This document shows positions 14,112-30,030 of a stretch of DNA of 64,000 nucleotides, piece after piece. The stretch is from the human T2T-CHM13v2.0 reference genome, Homo sapiens. The position numbers and the translations under genes were made by a program. A model generated the notes under the pieces. The model was given only the letters and a program-made list of their open reading frames with translations, was not told the origin of the DNA and ran no database searches. The DNA lies in NCBI RefSeq assembly GCF_009914755.1, contig NC_060938.1; one strand, 5' to 3'. How positions within the stretch are numbered: position 1 is the first letter of the stretch; every line of letters begins with the position of its first letter.

Positions 14112-16244
14112 CACTGTGGGAGCTCCCAGGGTTGGTCAGTGATGCGTAATCAATGGTCTGGGTGCCGAGTAATAAACGCAGGGCCTCAGTGGCCTATCAG
14201 GCTGACACCTCCACCCAGGAAGTGCTGGAAGACAGTGCACCCTCAGCTGGCTGGGCTGGGGGACCCACCTGGAAGCAGAGGCTCGAATGCGTGACTTGGG
14301 GAGACCATTCTCCCACCAGGGGCCCCAGCAGCTCCAGGGGCAGCTGGGGCCACAGACTAGCCTGGGCTCCACTGTCCGGCCCCAAACTAAAGCCCACCGA
14401 GATCCAGCTGTCATCCGTCTCGGAGATCCTCAGAGGGAGAGTGCAGAGAAAGCAGGGAGGATGCAGGACAGGGCAGGGGTCAGGGCTGTGCAGCGTAGCA
14501 CAGAGGCCTCCACAGAAGACAGGCCTCAACTTGACCCCACGGGAACTGCACCAGAGTTGTTCCCACGAGGGCACGCAGGAGGTTTGTGTCCACACGTCCG
14601 TCAGTCATGCCTGTGGGCTGCTCTGGAAGGGGAGGTAGACTTGGCACTGTGTAACGACGTTGTTGGTTTATCGTCTGTCTGCATGGCTGGACAGGTGTGG
14701 TTCACCTCCCAGCCCAAGCCCAGGGCTGGCACACAGTTGGTCACTGGTTCTCAAATGGGGGTGATGCCCCCAGAGGACAACTCGCAGTGTCTACAGACAC
14801 TTTTTAGTGTCAGCTCGGGCATGGGGTGGAAGACCCCCGGAGGGTAATGCGGGGCAGGTATTCTGGGGCGGGCAGTCTCAGGACGGGGAGAAGGGGACAG
14901 AAATGAAACCATGTGGAGACCTGAGAGCTGGCAGGAGAGTGGCCAGTGCCTAAAGGGCCTGGCTCCACGGGTCTCGAGGCTGGGCACAGGTGGGAGCTGA
15001 GTTCACCCAGCAGCTCCCCAGTCCCAGGCCCTGTCCAGCAGGGATCTGGCTGCAGCCCAGGGTGCCTGGCATGGTGACTCATGCTGACCCTCAGAACTGT
15101 GCAACCCACGCAGAACCCTCAGCCCAGTGCCCACCCAGCTCAGCAGCCCTGGAGACCTCCCTCAAGGACCCAGGCAGCTTCCCACCGGGAGCCACAGCTG
15201 GGTGGGCATGTGGGCCCCAGCCTCGTCTCCACTAACTCATGCAGACTTGCAAGCCTCTTCTCCCTCCGTGCACTGCAGGTGTCTCACTTCAAAGTGGGGA
15301 TTAGCACCAGCCCTGCCGCCCTGCAGAGGCGGGAGGACCCCGGGCACCTGGGCAAGGTGAGTGAGAAGGGGCTCACACCACGGAGAGCCCTCGGGGGCGG
15401 TCGCTGCATCACTGTCTTGCTATTATTTTGCAAAACTGGAAGTTTCGCCAGTAATGCCAGCTCGAGGAGAGGGCAGATCCCAAGAAGACTCTAAAGGCAG
15501 GGCCAGCGCAGCCTGGGAAGGAAGTGCTCCCAGGAAAGAACGGGAGGGTGCTGGGGAGTAGGGGACAGAGCACACAGCAGCGCACAGCACACAAAGCAGC
15601 CTCCCGACCCCCACAAACACCACTGCAAACACGCCTCCCACCAGGCAGCTCTACCTGAAGCCAGCTTCTCGGGCGGCCGTAGGGGCGGGGCAGCTAGAAG
15701 GAAGGAGAACAGTGTCACCCAGTAAATGCCAACCATGCCCATCACTCTGCCCAGTGCCTTCCCTGGACATCTATTAGCCCAAAGCCACCAGGACCTCAGC
15801 TGAGCCGGAGTGGTTTTCCCACACCGAAGGCCAGGGTTGGGGCTCGCCAAGGCGACTCCAGGAGCTCCACGTCTTCAGAAACTCCAGATTCACAAGGACT
15901 CACTGAAGACCTGCCATGTGCCCAGCACTGGGTCCCTAGGAGCACCCACCACCCCCCATAGCCCACCCCAAAACTCACACCAGGGTGGAGCCACCCCAAG
16001 TGCCCTGCTACCCTCCCAGGGAAAAGCAAACCTTTGAGAAGCCCTGGGATGGGGTGCCCCGGCCTAGAGGCACCCCAAGATCCCAGCAGCTCAGAGAGGC
16101 CAGGTGGGGGATGCACGCCCTATCTGGCCCCCTGTTCTAGCCTCAAGGCAAAGATGACCTGCAAGGTCGCCCACAAGAGCTACACAGTCATACCAACTGG
16201 ATTTACTTTCTTTTTCTTCTTTAATTTTGAGAGAACTCATTTGT

Positions 16245-16470
16245 AGGGGGGAACAACACACACTGGGGCGTGTTAGGGGGACGAGGGGAGGGAGAGCATC
16301 AGGAAGAAGAGCTAATGCATGCTGGGCTTATTACCTAGGCCATGGGCTGATCTGTGCAGCAAACTACCACGGCACACGTGTACTCATGTAACAAACCTGC
16401 ATGTCCTGCACATGTACCCAGGAACTTAAAACAAAAGTTGATAGGGAAAAAAAAGGAAAATAAAAAAAGA
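16245..16470 (+). mobile_element. 5'-truncated primate L1 (older L1PA-like) 3' end with A-rich tail
   Basis: gggagagcatcaggaagaagagctaatgcatgctgggctta and tgtaacaaacctgcatgtcctgcacatgtaccc, then aacttaaaa and an A-rich tail. Confidence 0.9.
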
Positions 16471-16785
16471 ACAAGGGGGCTGCCGCTTCAGCTGGGGGTC
16501 CAGAGACATATTCCCAATCTGCACTCAGATCAGGCAGTAGAGATGAAGGTGCGGCCATGTGTGGCTGATGTCACTTACCCATGGCTGGCACTGCTCCTCC
16601 CTTGGTCCCCATGTCATTTCACACCCGAAATCCCATTTTTCAAACTCACGTGTATGTGCCATTCAGGGTAACAGGCAGACCAGTCTTGTCCACCACGCAG
16701 ACCATCCCTCCCTTCCCAGGTCCCTCTGCAGGCCCATTACTTGTTCCAGTGAGGTAAGTGAGGGACAGGCCTGTGGGAGCTTTGA

Positions 16786-17510
<725 letters not shown>

Positions 17511-18296
17511 GGCATCCTGCACTTGGCCTGTCAGCCCTGGTGACTCTCCCCCAGCATCTGGCTCACGGTGGACACTCCTTACACTGCTGGTGCTAGGGCA
17601 CGGAGGTGGAATTTCCTGTCTCCATTCTGCCCACATTGCGAGACTGACCATCTGTTCATTGGCTGGAAGGCTGGAAAGAGGGGGTTTCCTCCCTGGGCAA
17701 GGGAGAGGCCAAACTGACTCTGAGGTTCAACTAAGGAAGCGTTTAAAGTCCTCCAGAGACCCAAAGACTACACTGCCTATGACAGAGGTGATACGGTATG
17801 GCGGCCAACCCAAGATGCCAAACACACAGGGCAGGGAAGGGCTTGGAGCCTGCTACCAAGGCATGGAAACGCTAACCAACAGAGATGCCCACGTGGACCA
17901 CCGCGACGCCAGCATCTCCGGAGGAACCCGGGCTCAGGACAGCCCATCCTCCTAGGGACACAGAACTGAAGCGTTGGCCATGGATTCAGACAGCAGCAGA
18001 TCGATCCCCTCTTCCCCGCCCCTTGAAGGGCTCAGAACTCAAAGGACAAAGAGCAGCGGTTCCTTGGGGATGGGCCAGGCCCAAGGGACAGCAGAGGGCA
18101 CATGGTCAGCCAGACCTCGAAAGATCCCAGGCCCTTGGGACCGCCTGGGGTGCTTCCCAGGGGCCACATCACACTGCGCTGGGCATCACCTCCCAGGTGA
18201 GGACACTGAGACTCTGGGAGAGAGAGGATTTCACCTGAAGCCACACAGCAGGTGAGCGCTGGGGCGGGGGCTATTGGAGTTTACAGGGAGAAGAGC

Positions 18297-18455
18297 CTGT
18301 CTACAAGCTGAGGAGAGAGGCCTCAGAAGGAGCCAGCCCTGCTGATGCCTTGATCTCAGACTTCCAACCTCCAGGACTGTAAGGAAATAAATTTCTGTGG
18401 TTTAAGTCCCCCAGTCTGTGCAACTCTGTTATGGCAGCCCTACCAGACGAATACA
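18297..18455 (+). mobile_element. MLT1 (ERVL-MaLR) LTR 3' part
   Basis: gccctgctgatgccttgatctcagacttccaacctccaggactgtaaggaaataaatttctgtggtttaag, ending in aataca. Confidence 0.85.
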
Positions 18456-19955
18456 ACATCCATGTCAGGAAATCCACCTTCATCCAGACCTCAGTTTCCC
18501 CATCTGTGCCTAGTGTGAATTCTGGGTCTCTTTCAGCAGCCCTTTGGTACGTGGCAGGCCAGGGGAGAGGTGGGCACAGCGTGGGGGAAGAGGGGAGAGG
18601 AGGAGGGTGGGCTGGGGGCCCTTCAGTCACCAGCCCAGACCCCAGCCTCGCTCCCCAAGCTGGCCCTCTGGTCTAGGGAGAGAGAATATCAGGAGAGCTC
18701 CCTGCTCTTTTGTAAAGCTGGCTTTTTTGGCGCACAATGGAGTCTTCATTTATCAGCCCAGCAGGGGAGTTAACGAGAGGCCCCAGCGTCAATTACAGCC
18801 GCCCCCAGCCCAGCCCGGCTGGGCACAGAGAATCCACAGGAAAAATAAGAATGCACACGGAGTCTTGAGATGAATCATCGTGGAGGAAGCAGCTGTGTTG
18901 ATGAAATTTTAAAGCCAACATGAGAAAGAAAATACGAACAGCAATACAGTAATTGAGTCTGTGAACATGCTGGCACATTTTTAATTAAACCTATTTTGGA
19001 GTTAAATAGAGGCCATGGGTGGGGGGGGGGTGGGACCGCGGGGAGTAGGAATCCAGGGAGGCTCCCTACCCTCCCACCCAAACCCCAAAGCCACGTCACC
19101 TTATGCTATTCCAGAGAAGAGCATTCCTCTCTCCTGCTTTTCACCAACAGGAAGAGTCCCTGCTTTGCGCAGAGGTGGGGGTTTCTGTACAACTTGATTT
19201 CCCTGACAAGATTTAAATGCCAGAATCACAGAATCTCACGAGCCAGAGTCCATGAGGCTTAGGACAGCATCTCATTCAAGGCTGTGAACTCTTTCTTCAA
19301 GATTCCCAAACATAGTCACCCAGCCATCTCTTGATTATCTCCAAAGATGGTACCCTCACTACCTGCTGAAGCCCTCCCTTGGTTAAGTGGGCCTTCCTTA
19401 TTCTGAGCAAGAACAGCCTCCCCTCTTGGCCGTGGAGACTGGACAGGGATCAGCCACAGGCTCCCCAAGACACATCCACCCAGTTCAACCATGCTGAGCA
19501 CTGGAGACACCAATGTGGCCACTCAGACCCTGCAGCCCTGTCCTGGAGAAGATGACAGTCCCACAGGGGTGGGGGCCAGGATCCACAAGGGTGGGTCATG
19601 ACACCCTATCAGCAAAGGTGGGCAGCCCAGGGACTGAGAGAGCTCAGGGCAAGCACCAGGCCACCTGTGGGTAGTCAGGGAGGGCTGCAGACAGGAGGCC
19701 AGGAGGATGGAGACTAAGTAAACCCCATCTTCCTGGCGCCTCCCTGAGAATGGGGCCACCACTTTCCTCACAGGCAGTGCCCTGCCACGAGCTCTCTTCA
19801 CCTCCCCTATCCTCCAGGGGCCTCTCTGTGCATGTGGGTCCTGCGGGCTGGGCAAGGTGGTGGTCAGGCAGGAACAAGGGTGAGACTGGCCTGCCAGCCC
19901 TGCATCCCCAGGGCCACATACATAGTAGGTGGTCAGTTAAACACTGAGTGAATGA

Positions 19956-20537
<582 letters not shown>

Positions 20538-21440
20538 TGATGCCATGGGCTCTGGGGATGCCACCAGCTCCTGGAGCCTTTGTTATGAGGTTCAGGGGCC
20601 TCCACTGCAGCATGGGGACAGGGCACCGGGGCCAAGGCCCCAGCAGCATACGGCTGCCTCCTTTCAGGGTACTGGGTATGGCCCTGACAACACTTGCTGG
20701 GAGCCCCAGGGCAAGACCTCTGCCTGCTGCAGAGTCCATGCTGAGAAAGCAGCTAGGGATGGGCCCTGGGTGCCCTCCTGCCACACCACACAGAGATACA
20801 AGCTCCTTCAGCGACCACTCCAGCAGCATGGCTTGACTGGGCATCATTTGGTGAGAAAGCAAATTTCTGCTAAAGAAACAAAATACTTTGAACCCTTTCT
20901 GCACTGGATGATCTCTGAATTCCGCGCCCTGGTTGTATGTAACAACAAGCAGGCAACAGTGGGTTTCTGTCCCTAAATTCCAGTCCAACTGCCTGCAGCC
21001 AGCAAGCCTGTGTCCAGGCAAGGGTCAGCAGCTCCCCAGCCATCAGGATCTGATGTCGGTGCCCTGCAGACCTGGCCCACGGATGAGGATGTGAACAGAG
21101 CCCTGCTGCTACCCCCAGGGAGCTGGTGGGAGCAGGCCTGGGGAGGAAGAGGTCCCTGGGCAGAGCCAGCCCGTCCATCCTTGAGGCTCAAGGCTGAAGC
21201 TCCCATCTACCTCCACCTGTGCACAGGTGGGTGCAGGGCAGGTGGACACAGGTTATGGTGGAGGGCCCCCTGTGAGACCGGGGGGCACCCCAGGAAGGAA
21301 GGCAGGAAGAAGGGCTGCTCCTCCACAGCCCGCTTGGGCGCAGGTTTTCTGCAAGTCCGTGGTCAGGAACTGGGGTGTATTTTTCCAGTGGGACACTGTG
21401 GCCTGCAGGGGCCAAGGGATCAGGGACACTCCTGTCCTTA

Positions 21441-21815
<375 letters not shown>

Positions 21816-22098
21816 AACACTGCAAACAGCATCCCAAATTCAGAGCTGGAGCTTCCAACCCACTTCTCCACAGGAACAATGAGACAAAGAAACTCCAGAT
21901 CAGGGCAGACGCGTGAGGTCACTGACCCGGGGGCCCGAGCTTCAGCCACCAGAGCATGGTCCTGGCCCTTGCTCTGCAGAGCAGTAGCCCCTGCCACCAC
22001 CCAGAGGCAGGACTGCCTCTCCTACACACTGCATGGGGACCTTCTCCAAAGCAAAGGTCCCTAAGCCATGACCTTCTCCTGGTGTCACTTCTGCCTAC

Positions 22099-22308
22099 AG
22101 CTTCCACACACCCTCCTTAGCAACCACAATGGCCCCGCCAGGTCTGCAATGGAAGGCTGGCGTCTAGGGAGCCCCACTCCACAGACAGGTGAGACCCCAG
22201 CCCCTCCTGCCCTCACCAGCCCTGGGAAGCCAGCACGGCCTGTGGCCAAAGCCCTTCACCATAGGGCACCTGACAGCAAGGCATGAAATTACAAAAGCCA
22301 GCCTTGCC
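22099..22308. repeat. Dispersed direct repeat, copy A (paralogous to 23556-23771)
   Basis: Shares exact blocks CAGCACGGCCTGTGGCCAAAG (22231-22251) and CCATAGGGCACCTGACA (22259-22275) with copy B. Confidence 0.85.
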
Positions 22309-23424
22309 ATTCAGAGCTTGGCTGTGCACTTGCGCCTGTATGGTGGTGGGGAGTGGGGGGCGGGGTGTGGAGGAGAGTTCACAAGAGGCCAAATGAGGAA
22401 CGTGCACTCTGCTAATCCCACCAGGCCCTGGGAACCTTCCCCACAGCCCACAAAGGGGTGAGACGTGAGGATGACCTCAGTGGGAGCTGTGCTCCCTGCT
22501 GGGGCCGTGAGCCTCCCAGCAGCCGCCCAGTGGGCAGAGAGGGTGCCGTGGAATTCCTGAGCTGGGCAGTCGGCACCAAGCCTGGCTGGTCACCTAGCAA
22601 CAGGGCCAGGCAGCTGAGCCATCCCTGCGGTTGGTTCCCAGAGAGACGCCTTGGGTATCCCAGGCTGACCGCTCACGGCGCAGTGGGAAAAGCAGGGAGA
22701 GGGAGACTGGGATGAAGCCAGGGATGCGCACGAGGGCTCGGAGGCTTGGGGGAGCGAGCGGCTTGAGAGGTCGCCAAGCCAGCTGGCCCCCAACACCCAA
22801 GCGTGACTGCCCATAGCCTCCTCTCGGCAGCCCCCACGCCTGCCCCACCTGCAGCAGGGAAAGCCCTTGTCCTGGCAGTCACACGTCCCCTCCAAGCTCC
22901 AGCCACACTCAAGAGGCACAGCCCCTCACCCAACCCCACCTCCCCCCTACAGCCAACCCCTCCCACGCCGTGCCCCTGCTGCCCAGCTCTGCACAGGGGT
23001 AGCAGCCTCATCTGTCTGTGGGTGAGGTCGGGCCCAGGAGGGAGGAGGGGAACCCAGCCCAGGGAGGTACCGGCCAGTGAGTCCAGCACGGCAGAGGCGG
23101 GGAGGCTTCCGTGTGAGTCTGCCCCATCTCCTGCCTGGATCTGCCCATCTGCCAGAGGAGTGAAGCAGCCCATTTCTTCATCAACTGGGTGTTGTCCACC
23201 CTCTCAGGCCCTGGGCCAGCCCTGAGGAGCTCGCATACTGGGCAGTCAGCATGGAAGGTTGGGCAGAGGGAAGCCCAGAGGTGTGGGAGCCAGGGTTAGG
23301 TCCCTGACCCCACTTTCCAGGAGGTGACAGGTGGCAGTGGGAGCAGTTGGGGGGACAGCCTAGGTCCCAAGGGGAAGGGTGCCCTGGGTGAGCTGGAGGG
23401 GTGGGTGCTGGGTCGCGGTCCTCA

Positions 23425-23553
<129 letters not shown>

Positions 23554-23555
23554 TT

Positions 23556-23771
23556 AGCCTCCAGCAGACTCCGTCCCCATTGCGCAACCCCGACTGGCCC
23601 CAGACCCGGCATGGAAGGTTTGGGTCTGAGGAGTCCCACCCCACAGCCAGGTGACGCCCCAGCCCCTCCGAGCCCTCGCCCGCCCTGTGGAAACAGCACG
23701 GCCTGTGGCCAAAGGCTTCCGGCCATAGGGCACCTGACACCAAGGCACGACACACAGAGGCCAGCCTTGCA
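23556..23771. repeat. Dispersed direct repeat, copy B
   Basis: Same blocks at 23694-23714 and 23723-23739, offset about 1463 bp from copy A. Confidence 0.85.
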
Positions 23772-26606
23772 GGACCCGCTGCTGCCCTCGCTGTGGGCCT
23801 CTGAGCCCTTCTCAGGACCTTCAGGACCTGTAGAAAGGTGGGGGGTGTGGGGGTGGCCTCGCCAGCCTGCCCTGGAGCAATTCCTTCAGCTTCCAAGATG
23901 CTGCAGGCTCAAATGGAGCTCTCACAAACACAGCCAGGGCACAGCCCACCCCAGGGTCGGGGTCCGGGGAGCCCCCTCCTCTACACAGTGGGGAAATAGA
24001 CTCCTGAACTTGCCAAGTCAGCATCTGGGATCCTTCCAGTCCACTTCGCCTGATCACCCAGGAACTTCTCACAAGCTATGTGTGCCCACAGCATATGCTG
24101 CAGGTGAGCAGCCACCTTCCCCATATGACAGTCGGGAACCCCGTGGAACACCCTGGTCATGTGTCCCCAGTTTCTGACCTCAGGCCAAGGGAGCCCTATC
24201 TATGCAGACCACTGGTGCAGGGTGAAATTCACCCACCCTCACCACACTGACCCTGCTTTCCAGTCACATCAGGAAAACACAAAAAAATCCCATCCCCACC
24301 CCCACGTCCAGCCATCCCATACCCCTGGTCCTGCCTCCCCCCAGGCTGGGAGTCAGCTCAGCTGCCAGGATGCCCAGGGCAAACCCTCAGGGCAGAGGGC
24401 TGGGGGAAGGGAGGAGAGGCAGGAACGGGACCCAGAACACAGGCCGGGGGACCACCCAGCAACAGCAGGTTTGGAAGGAGGAGGCAAGGGGGAAGCAAGG
24501 CTGTCCCAAGTACCCCTGTGAGCCACGAAGCCACCTGGTAAGGGATGGGTTATTAACATCTCTCGCAGAGATCACCTGGCCCAGATGCCAGCCCAGACCC
24601 CATCCACCCTGACAGCTGTCCACCCACCGGCCCACCCGATAACAGGACGCAGGGTCTTCCCAGATTCATGCCGCTCACCCTCGATTGCAGAAGCAGAGAC
24701 ATCAGCCCCTTTGACCACACACAGCCAGCTATCTAGTCCCCATCACCACCTCAGGGCTGGGGATGGACTCCACAGGCTGTTAACATGCCTGGGGGGACAG
24801 GGGCTTGGGTGCTACTGGGGACAAGCCAGGACCACCATGCCAACCACAGGACCAATGAAGCATCTGTCTGCCCCCAGCACACCAATAAAAGGATGCTTGG
24901 GAGCCCCCTATTCAGCCCTGGACCAGGCCTAGGGCCCAGCAGAGCCACTGGCCCAGCCACAGGCAGGAGCAGGTACTGGAGCCCGGCCCGGCCGCACTCA
25001 CTGCTGGGGAAGAGCGCAAACCAGCCTCCCCTCCTCCTCCAGCCCAGTCACCTCCCAGGAATGTGGGGCCTTCTAGAGAGGAGAGAAGGGCAGCTCCCCA
25101 TCCAGGCCCAGCCTCCCCGCCCTGCCAGGCAGACCACCCCTGCCCTCAGGGTGACCTCAGAGCCTCACACCTCACCAGCCCTGATCCCTCCCTCCCTGGC
25201 CTCAGTTTACTCATTACTCTATCAACCCCGACAAACAGTTCCCATGCCCACCCAAGCAAAGCGGTGTGATGGGAAGAGGCCTCAGCATTCAGGGTGTGCT
25301 GGGTCCCTCTGAGCATGGGGAGGTAGGGTGCAGCCTAGGCTCCCCAAACCTTCATGTCCTGTACCCTACTAACAGGAGGGCTCCCTGGAACACCAGCTGG
25401 GAAGCAGTGACCAAGTAAACTCCAGAGACCCTTCCGGCTCCCTCACTCTGACAGAGCTAGGACAAGAACGCACCAATGACTATGGACCCACGTGTGGGGT
25501 CTCCCTCTGGGTGGAGTCGGGTGGGGGGTACCCACTGTCCCATGTGGAACACGTGGTACCCCCTGCATCTGATGCCTTGCAAAGGACAAGCAGCTACCAT
25601 CCTCATTTTCCAGGTGCAGAGGCCACAAGGAACAAAGTGTCCCCACCACCAGCAGGTGAGCCTTCCAGCCCCTCTCCCCACTACCCAGGCCCACGCCACA
25701 GGTCAGTCTTTAGGACCCAGTGTTTCTGGCCACCCTGGGCAGAGCTGACAGCCCCAGCCTTGGAGAGAAGCTGGCAGAGACTCAGAAAGAAGACGCCATT
25801 CCCAGTCACACCACTCTCCTGAAGGCTCTCCGCAGCGCAATCCTCAGCACGGCCACAGGGCCCCTGCTCACCACAGCACCCCCATGGGACTGTGCTCCCG
25901 GGGATGGCCCTGAGCCAGGGGGAGGACCCAGCCACTGTGTGTGACCAACAGCCCAAGATGGGCACTAACTTGTTCTCTGCCCTTCGCTGCCACAGAACCA
26001 TTCAGGAGGTGGGTGCACTTTCAGCCCACCCGCCTCCCCCTGCTGGTTCCCACAGGGTGAGCAAGGAGCTCCCAGCACTTCCCTCTCCATGAGCCCACAA
26101 TCGGAGGAGGGATGGGCTGGAACCCAAGTCCACAGCTGCCCCGTCAGCCTCAGCACCTTCGCTGGGTGACCCTTCTCCTGTCTGAGCAGTCTGCCCCCTC
26201 AGATACAACTGGGGTTTCACACCCACTTCCCAGTAAGGGTTAAAGACAGTGATCAGGCTGGCAGGTGGCATCCGGAGAAGGGATGCAGACAGGCCATCCC
26301 ACAGGTCGCCAGCAATGCCCTGCCTGCCCATAGCCAGCACCTCACCTCAGAACCCACAGGCTACCATCCCCCACATCGGGCCACCTGTAGGCACAGACAG
26401 GTGGCCACACACCCACGGCCCCAGACCAAGGGGCTGCCCCTGACAGACCCATCTGTTGAGGTTTACCCCAAACCCCAGGCAGCTATGCAGAATAAAATAC
26501 ACTGCAGACCACCAGGCTTCATTGGGTTTTTCTTTTAAATTTCAAAATAACAACATAACACTCTTAAAAAATATTTTAGACCATCCAGTAATTCCAATGG
26601 AATCTA

Positions 26607-26923
<317 letters not shown>

Positions 26924-27248
26924 GAATTAATTATAATTATGAAGAAAGCAGACAGAGTGGCCAAAACTGGAAATAACTATTTGTCCAACAACAGCTGAGG
27001 GTTCTACCCTGTCATCATTAAAATGATGTTTAGAAAGTTTCTCTCCTAAACAATATGGAAAAACACTTAAAATGCCAGTGGAAAGAACTGGACACAAAAT
27101 GACATGCACAATGGCTGCGACGTTTAAAAATATCCAGGCATTGACGTGAGTTCAGGAAGGAAGTCCACAGAAATCCTGACTGTGCGGCTGCTCAGATGAG
27201 GGAACCAGTGGGTTTTTATTTATTCACATCGTTTCTTGTTAATTTTCA

Positions 27249-27590
<342 letters not shown>

Positions 27591-29899
27591 GGGGGGGGAA
27601 CGGATTAAACTCTTGCACCTTCACATTACATGCATGGCCACCCAATGAAGCAATGGACATTTTAAACCCACCACCCTGACCCTCTCCCCACACTCAGCTC
27701 CCTAGAAGAGCTCTCCAGGCTGCCAGGAGCCAGTGAGCCGGGCGTCAGTCACCCTTGGGTCAGGAGCAGGCACTCTTCAGACAGGAAGAACAAGAGTGAT
27801 CTGGGCACTCCCAGGCGGGGGCTGGAGGGCAGGAGACCCCGGGAAGGGCCGGCTCCCCGGGAGGACTGTCCTTCCTGGCAGCCTCAAAACTCGTGATCCC
27901 ACTGGGTGCCTGCAAGCCCCAGCCTCTTGGAGATGAGCGGGTAATTAAGTTAATCCCAGGGTTTACAGTAATGAGTGCTGGAGCCACAGGGGAGGGGACA
28001 TCATTTCCCAGCTTGGCTGCCTGAGGGCAAAATGAGGGAGGTGACCCTGGGCTGGCCTGGCCAAGGGGTCCCCTGGGGTGCTCCCCTAACCCGTCTGGGG
28101 GCCATCGGACCAATTCTGGGGGATTCCCTATCCAGCTGCCAACCGGGGAGGAGGGTGTCTCCCTACAACGTTCTTGTGTCCAGGAGCCAGACCTAAGCTC
28201 CCCTCACCCCGCCCTCTTCATGGATCCCTTGCTCCCATGAGGAGGGGGTGGGGGAAAGCTGTGCAGCATGGTGGGGGGAGTCACAGAGCCTGCAGGTCTG
28301 CCAAGCCCTCCCCATTGGCGCTGTGCCGGCTCCATCCCAGATACCCTGCACTGGGTCCTGCCACTGGGACCAGGACTCACTGGCCTTCTGGGAAGCTGTG
28401 AGGCAGGGGCTGGGTGGTATTCCCCCTCCTGGCCTGGTTTTCACACTGGCAAGATGATGTCACCTCCACCTCCCCTCCAGACTTTGCTGTGTCCAGAACA
28501 GTAAGAACTGGGGGGCCAGAAGCCATGTCCCATCACCTCTGTGACCTTCCTTCCCTAGCTCAGCACTTGGCACACAGTCAGCCTCCAGAAAAATGTCTGC
28601 AGCCCTAATAGGAACTCATCCCTGGAGGGACCTGTTCTTAGCTGCCTCCCTGGCTCCGTCCCACCATCTCCCACCAGAAGGAGTAGCTGCAATGAGCTCC
28701 TCAGGAGCGCTCAGCCATGCATGTGACACAGCACCCCGCACCCCAAGCTGGGGAACCCCAGACAAGGAGCTGCCGAGGCTACAGGGGGCAGAGCATCCTG
28801 GGCTCTGGGCACACGCTCCTTGCATCTGACTCGGCGGTGCCTGATGCTCCTGTCTCACACACGCCTCCCTATGATCTTATATCTCAGGTTGGGTGCAGAC
28901 TGAGAGAGGAGGAATCAACTTCACGTGGGTTATGTGGGTGGCAACCCCAGGAAACCCAGGTAGAGGGGTAGAGAAGGGAGGCAGGGAAGGGAAGAAGCCA
29001 ATGGAAGGGGTGTCCACTCTGCCGGTGAGCTCTAGGGCTCGGAGTCACCCCACCTGTCCAATGGTTCACTGGGAGTATTAACGTCCCAGCACTGCCCAAG
29101 AGGAGAATGGACAGGAAGGGCTCCTGGGCAGAGCTGCAGGTGCCAGCAGGCGATACAGCCGTGGGCTCAGAAACAGGAAGTGCCTCAGGGATCAGGGCTG
29201 GGCATCAACAGTGTCTGTGACCACTCAGGAGAAAATATGGTTTATCCTCTCTCCATAGAAGGTGGAGGCTGGGGGCGAGGGAGCTGCAGTGACACACAGG
29301 GACACATGGTGACACATGGTGACACACAGAGCCTGACTCTCCAGTTGCTGTGCACCCTCCCCAGGTCTGCCTCCCAGCCCCTCCCCCTGAGCAAGGCCCT
29401 ACGGCATGGCTTCCCAGCCCTGGTCAATTTCTGCAAGGTCTGGGGCCAGGCAGGCTCGTGGCAGGTCATTAGCAGGAGACCTGGCCACTCCAAGCCGCGG
29501 GCCTCCATCGGGGCTCCTGCCCAGCAGCTCCATGGGCCCTGTGCAAGACAGCTGATACCACCGTTCAGCGCAGCAGCTTGGCTGATTAAATCCCCTTCTC
29601 CTTCCACTTCATTAAGAGGAGTCAGCTGCAGCCTCAGGGCTGGTGGCTCCATGAGGTGGAAGGGCCTCATTAAACGAACACGTACTTCCCACAAAGTGCA
29701 GAAACAAGGTGCAAAGGTGCACCAAGTAACAGGCAGGGCAGGGCCAGGGAGAACCGGGCTCCAGGCTCTTAAGCCAGTGCTCTTGGTACCACCAACTGCG
29801 GGGAGCTCCAAGAACCAGGGACACGGACGGAGATGCAGATTCCAGAAAAACCCGTCCATAACCACATTCATCTACCGAACAGCAATCGTGTGGCTTACA

Positions 29900-30030
29900 C
29901 ACATTAGTCCTCAACATTCCTCACCATGAGGCAGGTGACCAGGCCCCCCCAGTTTACAGATGAGGAAACTGAGGGTCAAGGAGGCAAAGTGGCAGCCACA
30001 GACCCAGGGAGTGGTGGCCTAGAGGCTCCG
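29900..30030 (-). mobile_element. MIR
   Basis: ccagtttacagatgaggaaactgagggtcaaggag. Confidence 0.65.

Noticed and set aside
21950-22098. A decayed second copy of exon 2 beside repeat copy A
   Set aside because: Similarity stops near 22099, and no trace of the YIRQLE coding sequence was seen.
29180-29929. Overlapping 249-aa and 209-aa ORFs on opposite strands
   Set aside because: No homology recognised, non-ATG starts, and no splice or promoter support.
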